Shown here: piece after piece, positions 55,193 through 64,000 of the stretch
How positions within the stretch are numbered: the stretch's first letter is position 1
Layout of the letters: each line of letters opens with the position of its first letter
Origin: Phoronis australis
Lineage: Eukaryota; Animalia; Phoronida
Assembly (NCBI GenBank): GCA_002633005.1
Contig: NMRA01000229.1
Coordinates: 267,598-331,597, forward strand
Reading direction: 5' to 3'
DNA: 64,000 nt
Position numbers and translations under genes: made by a program
Notes under the pieces: generated by a model
Told to the model about the DNA's origin: nothing
The model's input: only the letters and a program-made list of their open reading frames with translations
The model's database searches: none

Positions 55193-56982
55193 ACCTATTT
55201 GACCAACGATAGAAGATACTCCATTAGTTTTACAGCAACGAGAAAAGAAAAGCGAAATTTGACGACGCCTTGAAACGGCTACTAGGTCAGCTCCAAGTTG
55301 ACCGATGAACAAGTTGTAGGTACATGGAATGACGCGGATTTGATAAAATATCTATGCGTCCGTGGTGCTACCTTGGATCTTGCCGAATATTTGTGAGCTA
55401 TGATGAGCTATGATGTTAGTCTTTTGATCTTTGACTAAGGTCTCGACCTTCTGTGTCTTATGTGCGCCGCTGCCATGGGCTGTTTGATGTCGTCGCGAAT
55501 GATACAACAACAAATACATAAATCTTACCAGTAACATGTAAGTGTTTTGGAGAGTCACGATCACTTACTGAAGCTGTTTATCAATGTTTTTTGATTCAGA
55601 CCGAACTTAGCCTTACTGGCGACATGAACCGTGCTTTCTGGGCTTGAGGAGGAACTGGAGTTTGTTATTGGTCGAAACCAGGCATCAATAATAAATTGAT
55701 TGGCAGAGTGGGTGGGCTTATGGAAAAGTACGGTCTTGGGCAATAAGCAAATGTTTATTTCAGTTCTTTCCCAAGTTGGAGAAAACAAGACGCCACTTTT
55801 AAAGCAGCAATCGGTCTATAAAGCATGATGTAGTAATTTAGATGAGGCCCTTAGCCACTGTAACTCCAATTAAAGTGCGACAAGGGTACCGTTTTTGTTC
55901 TGTTGTGCTGCATTTTCAGTACTGCGTACGCTTTAGTAATATAAATCCTTTGTTTGGTTTTCAAGTAGAGCGTTGCGAAATTATGAATCCAGACCATCTT
56001 ATTTCAGAAATGAGCTTATTAATCGTTGTACTCGTTTCAGATGGTCTGACGCTGCTGAATGTGTTCCCCCAGTTTCATCATTCAACGCATAATTGGCCTA
56101 CATATGATGACGCCTTCTAATTAACACTACAACTTCCCAACTTGGAGATGTTCCGTTCAGGTCAAAAACTTAATTCCCGTGCGGAGAGAGCCACCTCATC
56201 TCCTTTCGTATTAACTAGGTCGTGTCATTTTTTGCAGTTGCACAACTCCGCTGCCGGCTGAAGCGTAAACTCCGCCAAATAGCCACATGGTATTTTTCTG
56301 CAAGGAGGAGACGATAGAAAATAACACTGACCAGACAGGCATTATTCATAGTAAATGGAGGAATAAATCGTTATTTCCATTGCAATAAACATCGACGCCA
56401 TTCTTTACAAATCCATGAGTCCGTCTGTCTAGCATGTGCAATACCATAGGCTAAGTAAATTCGACATTACTGAAAACGTTCAACTTATCTAACATGATTT
56501 AGTTGCCAACTTCGAATTGTAGAAAGGTCTCACTACTCTTCTAGCATACTTCAACTGTTTGTTATGTTCTGCAAAAATGCAGCGCCCTCATGAGATTTGG
56601 TGGCTGTTTTGATATTTCGCGCTGACTATGAACTAACACCACCTCTGGCGAACTCAATTTCAACTACTTGTAAGGTCATTGCCTCGATGTCAAATAATTG
56701 TACAGCGCCGCATCAACAGAGACGTCTTCTACAATTTCAGTTGGTAAATCACAGCGGATTCTGTAATCCTTATATTTCTTGTCAAACCTCGTAACTTCAA
56801 GAAGTTTATTTAACCTAACAAGAATCCCAAAAATGACTTTTATGCATAAAACCGATCGTGGAAACTTTAGAGATTGAAAAGTTCAATTAAAACCAAATAC
56901 AAAGCACCGCCAAATTTGTAGTTTTATTCTTAGAAGTCACAATTTCCTACGTAACATGCGTGGGAGTGAAACCGAGACTTTA

Positions 56983-57364
56983 TCAACAATTTACGTTTGC
57001 GATAACAGGTGGCAGATTAGCAACTTTCTGCCACTGCTTTGGAATTTTCGCACAGCATGTGTCGCCGAGTTTGTCACTCACTGGTCCAGCCCCAACGTCA
57101 TACATCGAGTACAAGACGACTCCGGGAGAACCATTTTTGGATTGGTTTATCAACGTACAAGCCTTCGTTGCCGCACCAACACCCAATGACGTCAACTTTC
57201 TTTTATCTTTGTTCAAAACCTTTCCGATGACTTCACGACAGTAATCCCTGCACTGCGAAGCCTGGCGGACACACGAGAAGTATCTAGCTTGAGCAGACTG
57301 CAGGAGAGTCACAGGAATGTTGACGGAGGACCCCTTGTATATTGCTCTCAGTTTGCAAACGCAT
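56983..57364 (-). CDS. Secreted three-repeat cysteine-rich protein, exon 4 (repeat 3, stop)
   Basis: TTTGCAG acceptor. CVCKLRAIY...FSCVRQASQCRDYC...KAC...PGVVL..YDVG...LGDTCC...NVNC*. Minus-strand AATAAA at 56923-56928. Total CDS 1074 nt = 357 aa. Confidence 0.87.
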
Positions 57365-57854
57365 CTGCAAAACGAACCATTGGATGTAGATCATGTTACG
57401 TACAATCTTGGACATGCATTTTGTTTTTCAAGTGATGAACATCTATTCAGAACAGAACAATTTAAGATTAGTTTCACAACGCTTTGACCAAATGAACCAG
57501 ATACATGTACATTAAAATGTATTTTCGTTGCTCAAAATTCGAAACTTTTTAATAATGTACAGGCTTCACTACTGTTCTGACCAGGATTAAAACTGAATGT
57601 TTGGAACTAAGGAACGGTGCCAATCGAACTGTTCAACGAAGTAGGGGAGACCGCCGTATTCTGGGGTCTTGGTTATTTTTTAGCATGATTAAATCTGAAG
57701 TAATAAATGCTACCAAATGGTGAGATACAGACTACAGCTGAGTGTTACTAGTCTGAATAATGTGACAGTGGGTCGGGACAGAAGTCTTTTCAGACTTCTA
57801 ATCTATGTGGCCTCGTGATGTGTCCAACGTAGAACGTGGGAGAGGACTAATAAT

Positions 57855-57987
57855 ATTGACCCATCGCCAGAATTTTGAGTGGCCTTTCCAAGCCGCCATT
57901 TTACAAGACAAACGACACCTTGCCGGGTAAAACTTATTGTTTGTTAGCCGACATTACGCAAGGGGGCGGAGCTTGCGATAGGTCAAT
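57855..57987. mobile_element. MITE (internally deleted copy of 8336-8524)
   Basis: TIRs ATTGACCCATCGC / GCGATAGGTCAAT. Body matches copy 1. Confidence 0.75.
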
Positions 57988-59674
57988 TCTTACTAATGAC
58001 AGTGGTTCACGGAAGAAACAATTTACGAGCATCGTAGTGACAATTGAAACGACAATAGGTCGCATGATGACTCAAATATTTAGGGTGCAGTGGGCTCACT
58101 TTTCGAGCAAAAATGTGGGCTTCAGATTTGAGCACTGCTGGCCACCACGTATAAAATGCCTGGCGAGAACACTTATTACTGACGCTTTCACCAGTAGGTC
58201 AGTTAATTGTAGCAATGTTGCAATGATGTTGAAATTTTATCACTGATGTATTTCATTACCAAAATGCATAGTTATATGTTGATCATATTGTTGACGTTAT
58301 GTTGCAGTCTACAGAGTTAGGCAAACATGAACATCAAGTAGGGGCGTCAGGGATTCAAAGTGAAAATCGACATTGGTATACGATTCGGTATGTCTGTAGT
58401 GTATGCAGCGCACGTACGGCTAAATGGTATCACAAGAATGTGCATGCGACTAGGTAGTGGAGGTTCTCTAGGCAGCATCAACACTGAATGCAAACCACTC
58501 GAGTATAACTCAACTATTGAATACGCGCAATCCCTTGCAGTAGATTACTTTTATTTGTTTGCTGTAAATATCCAACACTGTCAAACAAATGCAGGAAAAA
58601 ATGATAATAAGATTTCATAGTCCAACGAATGACTTGTCGTGACTTGTATTAAACGCAGTGTTGCTCAAATGTTTATGGTAACAAGTGAATGACGTCTCTG
58701 GCGAAGTATGAACACTGCTCATATTCTAAAGCTCAAATGCTTTGCGGCTTGATGCAGAAGATAAAATAGTATACGTTTGGTAGATCAAGGGAATTCGACG
58801 GGGACGATTTTTTTCAAAAGTGAATATACACCTTGGCAAAGAGATCACTTCTTTATGTGTGTAAGTGCGCGTTCAGATACATGATGTTGTACTTGAAGTT
58901 AGGGTAATACTCAATACAAGGCGCACAAAAATGATAAATCAAGGAGCGATATTGAACAGCATATGTGTTGACATACTGTGAGTTTAAGAATGAGTTACAC
59001 TTATAAATTGATAGGACGAAAATGAACAAAAATTACAAAAACTCTCGGCTAGTAAGGCGTGCGACTATGCAACGCCAGCCTACGCTTTAATCTCATTGTA
59101 TCTGAGGAAAATAAATTTGCATGAGAATCCCACTGAATATTATATATTCATGCCTAATTAAGTTGAAGGAGACCGTTTCGTGCGTTAAAAAGTTGTTTAG
59201 GTTTTAGCATTCCACCATACTGTCATTCATGCACCACTCAAAAGTGCAAATATTGTTATTGCGGAGTTACATACAGTGCTTGTGTCAGACAACGTGTTTT
59301 ATTAGGTGCTGACGTTTCCAATTTGTTCTGGCTCACGATTTGTAATAGAAATGACGTGCGTAGCTTAACAACAAGGGCACAACATGATCGTCACAGTGAT
59401 TGTCATTTTCTGTTAATCTCATTTTTATGGCCGCTGGGTAACGGTAATGTGTTTACAATCTCTGCCTGTCCGTAAAATTGCGCTGTTGTTAGATCCAGCG
59501 CCGGTAACGATGATACGCCACCTATCAGGTTAGTCATCTACGACTTTCCAAATAAGGAAGTCGACACAGTAAGCAACTTGCAATGAGCGTATTTTCGGCT
59601 TTTGCATGAAGCCGACTGCGCGATGACGGTCAGAAGTAGTCTATGATTGCATTCATATACACACACGCGCTTAC

Positions 59675-59989
59675 CCGCAGCAAACATTTCCTCCGGGTAC
59701 CACGTAGAAATGGTCGCTATTGTCTCCTATGTCATAGTCAACCTCAATTCTCACGCCAGGATAAGCAATTTTTTTCTTCAACACGTTACAGACGCGCCGT
59801 CCTGAGAACCAATTGACACTTGTGCTGCCGAATTTTGACGCTCGTAGTGATTTGCGACAGTCAGCCTCACAAAATGTGGTGTGCTTTTTGCCACATTTGT
59901 AGTAAGGTTTGATGTAAGGATCTCTCAAAGTGATGCCAATTGCATGCTGATGGTTTTTTTGTCTGTACATCAGACGCAAGTGGCGGCAC
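59675..59989 (-). CDS. Secreted three-repeat cysteine-rich protein, exon 3 (repeat 2)
   Basis: TTACAG acceptor, GTAAGC donor, 315 nt, phase 2-2. CRHLRLMY...YKCGKKHTTFCEADC...RVC...PGVRI..YDIG...GGNVCCG. Confidence 0.87.
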
Positions 59990-60880
59990 CTGTAATCAAA
60001 TCTGTCATTTAATAAAGAAACGAAAGATCAGTTTCGAGATAGGTACCTGTGGGCTACATGTACTTACCATTAGAAAATCGTTTCTCCTCCGTGTTTCGGT
60101 AACAACTTCAAGACTGCATCACACTAGACAGCAAAACACGATTAAGTTATAATTTTCAAACTGTGAGCGAAAATATAACGTTGAACTTCCTCGATAACAG
60201 TATTTTGAATATTTTGCATGTGTTCCGTAAACGCGTCGGCTTAAGTTCGAAATTCGACTTCCGTTTCCTATTCATAAATTCTTTGCCACGCAATTCCCAA
60301 CAGTCTACCTTGGAAATACGCCATTCAGATTATGTGATCAATAAGAAGCAACAGGAGCATAATAAAAAATTTGGTGCTCTTTTTATGAGACGAAACTTCT
60401 TTTCGGAAATTAATGTGTGTAGCGTAAGAAGTTTCTTACTTTGTCTTATTTTTTATGAAATGGGCCCATGGTATGCAAAATTAAAAGAATTGCTAGATAT
60501 TTCCTTTCGTCAAAGTTAGTATTACAACCAGAAATTTGCCTGCTAGATATCTGAGTTAACGTATTACTTATCTGTATTGATGGCGCAGAAAAATGCGGTT
60601 CTTGTAGGTGTTAAGAATATACATTGTCGGCGGCATAATCTGGTTGCGGATATGTAATTAAAAATACGATGATGCAAGGGAAAGCATTCTTTGAAAACGC
60701 TACAGTTAACAGTGAAAGGCAAGGGATGAATTCCAAAGACGCAAAAATTTTGCCAAGAAAGATTTGTAACACATGCTTCGAGCATGTACACTGTATTACA
60801 TGACGATATCTCGTCTTGTAATGATCTTAGATTTTCGCGATGTTCTCAAGTCTACGGAACGCACACACATTTCTACCTAC

Positions 60881-61180
60881 TTTCTGTAGCAACATATTGT
60901 ACCGGGTGCCACAATTTGTTCGTATCGTAAACCTTTGCATTTAGTGACGGAGGTGCCAACGTAAACTCCAACACCTCGACTGGTGGTTGGTCCGTGAAGA
61001 CGACAAACTTCTTCTTTCCCAGCATACGTGGATTCGGGGTGACGTAAGACACTTTTCACGGTTTGCATGCATTTCCCTGGACAACGAGGGTTGATCCACC
61101 AGCACAAGATGAACCATCCCCAGTATCTCCATCCTGATGTGGTACCGGTCTTTTTACCGATTTTCCACGAACAACGACAC
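60881..61180 (-). CDS. Secreted three-repeat cysteine-rich protein, exon 2 (repeat 1)
   Basis: TTCCTAG acceptor, GTAGGT donor, 300 nt, phase 2-2. CRCSWKIG...LCWWINPRCPGKC...EVC...GVGVY...C...PGTICCYRK. Confidence 0.87.
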
Positions 61181-61606
61181 CTAGGAAAAACAATTGTTAA
61201 TGAGGAATTAGAAAAACATGTCAATACGCAGAAGCGATATGCAAAAACGACGTTTGAAAGATTATTATACCATTTTTGAAAAACTAAATCTTTCAGGGCA
61301 AATAAATTTGATTTAAATTCCCGGAAAAGAACGCTGGAAGAGACATACAACTGTACCATTGTATTTAGTGGGGACTGGGCAAGCGGGTTATTGTAAATTT
61401 TCCAGAAACTGTTTCATTTGAATTTCACCAGACATGTTCCTGTGGACTTTTACTAGTGTCTCGTATAATCGTACTGTGATTTCTTGTCTACAAACAATGG
61501 TGGCATGGACATGTATCCTTCTAAACTGCAAGATTCTAAACGAAAAGAAATGAGTTGAGTGGTAGCGACAGAATGATCGCGATTAAACAACAAATAATAT
61601 ACTCAC

Positions 61607-61683
61607 CACTTGGTGGCGCCCGCCGAAATGCGTACAACGAGAAGAACAATCAAAATCATTAAAATCATGTTTCGCAAGCGCAT
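61607..61683 (-). CDS. Secreted three-repeat cysteine-rich protein, exon 1 of 4 (signal peptide)
   Basis: MRLRNMILMILIVLLVVRISAGATK, then phase-2 donor TG|GTGAGT. Confidence 0.85.
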
Positions 61684-64000
61684 CTTTAAGTCGTTCCAAT
61701 ATTGATTCACGCGAGGTAAAATGGTCTCTTCGTCTGCCACTTGTTATCATGAATGCAGTAACTAGCAAGCACCAACGGGATTTTCAAGGAATCGTCATGG
61801 GGCCAGGGATTCGTGATTTTTCGACGAATCGTGACATAAAATATACACACTGGTGAACGTGCAATTGAGTGTAATCCATAGGATCTAAAGCCTGGGGCGA
61901 AGCCTTCCTTTTCAAATTGGTGGCAGCCGTCGGTTCCTCATCAAAAACAGAACTGATTGACGTCACAGGAGAGGGAAGTTCGTTTGAGATACAGTGTACA
62001 CGGCCCTTTGAACAGAAATTCAATACGTAATGCATCTGATCACCAACAATGTAAAACATCGTGAACAAATAGTCACCATTGTCGCGTCTGTTGGTGACAC
62101 GCAACACCTTGGTTATTTCTGTTTTTCCTGGCGATGTTTTTCAAGGCGAAAACTGATCACGAACTAGTTTTTATTTAGACTAATCATCCAATTCCTACTG
62201 ATTCTGTAATCAAGAATTCTTAAACCGAAATTTTTGCACGACTAAGAAATCCATCACATGCTTATAGATGTAGATGTACACAAGTTTCACTAAATCTCAC
62301 CCAGCAGGTCATGTTTAACTCACAGCATACCTGTACTTCTTAAAACTAGATGCAGGTTTGGTTTTACTCGTTTGCAAAATATACGCATAGTTAATTAATT
62401 AGCAAAACAATCGCGAGAAATTTATTGTAATATTGTAATCCGTTCTCCTAACGAAATGAACAAGAGATCAACCGCGATCTTGATTTGATTCAGGGTTTGA
62501 GATAGAACCTTGGTACTTACGGAAAATTGAGGCTGGCCAATTCTGATACAACTGATAATTTCGGAAGATCATTTTGGGGGTGGAAATTCGGGTGAACATG
62601 TCCCGTGATTATTTTTAATTATAATGTATTTGCCGAATAGCTTCTCATAGTGATCGTCTCAGTGAATGTGCAACCTGTCTCTGCATGTTATCGATATCTT
62701 TTGTAAACCCTCTGTGGTCATTTTTATACAAATATCGTCTATTAGTAAATCATATCAAATTGGTTAAGTAAATGGAATATGCCTCATTTTACTTCCAGTC
62801 CTTCTCTCTTCCCGAGTACAATTGCGACGACAAGGCATGCTGCATCGTACCACTTCGTGTTGTGCCCTTTTGAGTTGCTGCACGAAGTGCACGTTATCTG
62901 CAAGCTCGCCCAGGTCCGTCGTGTAAAGTTAACACCAAATCGCCATGGCCATAGTGCAATCTCAATCTTTTGACGACGTTGGTTTTGGGCCAAATTTGTT
63001 ATAACTCAACAGCATTGTGTATTTACGTATGTACATGTCCAAAATCGCCTTTTCTAAAATTCAAAATGTGCAGAACAACGTTGTATAAGTCATCCCTACT
63101 ATCCTAGAGGAGGCGCCACTCTCCTAAATTATCTTGTGCAGTTTTCGGTTTGTGTATTGTGACGGGAAATTCTCGTATCTGTTTTACTGTCCAGTACGAC
63201 AAAAAAGTATATATGTATTTCGGAATTTAAACGCTGTTCAAAGTCTTCCAATAGTAGAACTGTCGAGAATTTGGAAATATCTCATGAGCTATGCTCCGAA
63301 TGCTTGCACGTGCAGCTGTGGACGTTTCGGTTAAGATGGCCTTTAGTCCGTTCAGTGTAGGATCATTTGAGCTAATGCGAATGTGAATTTCCCTTCGCAA
63401 ACCTAAGCACTTTCGTAAGTATCGTTTTCAGTAAAACCTTGTTGAAGCTAATATGAACGACCCTTCTGTCAAAATTATCTACTGGCTTAGATAAACTAAC
63501 GTATCGGAAAACTGTTCTCAACTTAAATTGGTTTTAGAATCAAGCTGGAATGGGATGCATGATTGAATTCAAGCCTTTCTTTCATGAGGAGTAAACTCAA
63601 GTGCTCTGCTTTCAGCACCTGGCGATATCGCGCGTGATTTGTGATATCTCTTAAATTCAAAGGACTCTAGCCTCACAGTAGGCCTAACAAACTTTAAAGG
63701 AGCATGCCACCCAAAAAACAACCTAATTTGTATCAATTTAGATCGAGTAGTTCTCCTCGATAGCGGCACGTACGGTTGCGTTACCTGACACCTGACGGCA
63801 GACGGAGGTGATGAAATTTTCCACTGACGTCATCGGTTTCACACGCAGTCTGTTCAGCAGTTCACAACACGGGTAACTGGTGTCAGCTTATCGCTTGAAT
63901 TCATCGTTTAACACCAATAAATGATCAAACTTCGATGTAAAACCCTTAAAAATACACCGAGTTCTTATAAAAACGTGTTGTCTTATTTCACTGTTACGGA

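Noticed and set aside
61784-62107. 107-aa minus-strand ORF upstream of the signal-peptide exon
   Set aside because: No recognisable motif or usable splice sites. It overlaps the expected promoter or 5' UTR.

Overview
AT-rich animal (invertebrate) genomic DNA with spliceosomal introns, so the six-frame ORF track shows only exon fragments. Manual splicing recovers four complete, frame-intact genes. Two are tandem minus-strand boudin-like Ly6/three-finger GPI-anchored genes (25094..18913 and 35771..30408). One is a plus-strand Rough (Ro) homeobox gene (43676..51375). The fourth is a minus-strand secreted, basic, cysteine-rich protein built from three homologous phase-2 exons (61683..56983) that I cannot assign to a named family. 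The left 16 kb is largely decayed mobile DNA (solo LTR, RTE, CR1-like and L1/Tx1-like LINE pieces, MITEs) around a disabled Toll-like receptor that has a phase-2 intron inside its TIR domain. The palindrome TACATGTA is strongly over-represented and in several places looks like a 6-bp insertion at a TA site, resembling a Tc1/mariner excision footprint. All family assignments are from motif recognition, not database searches.
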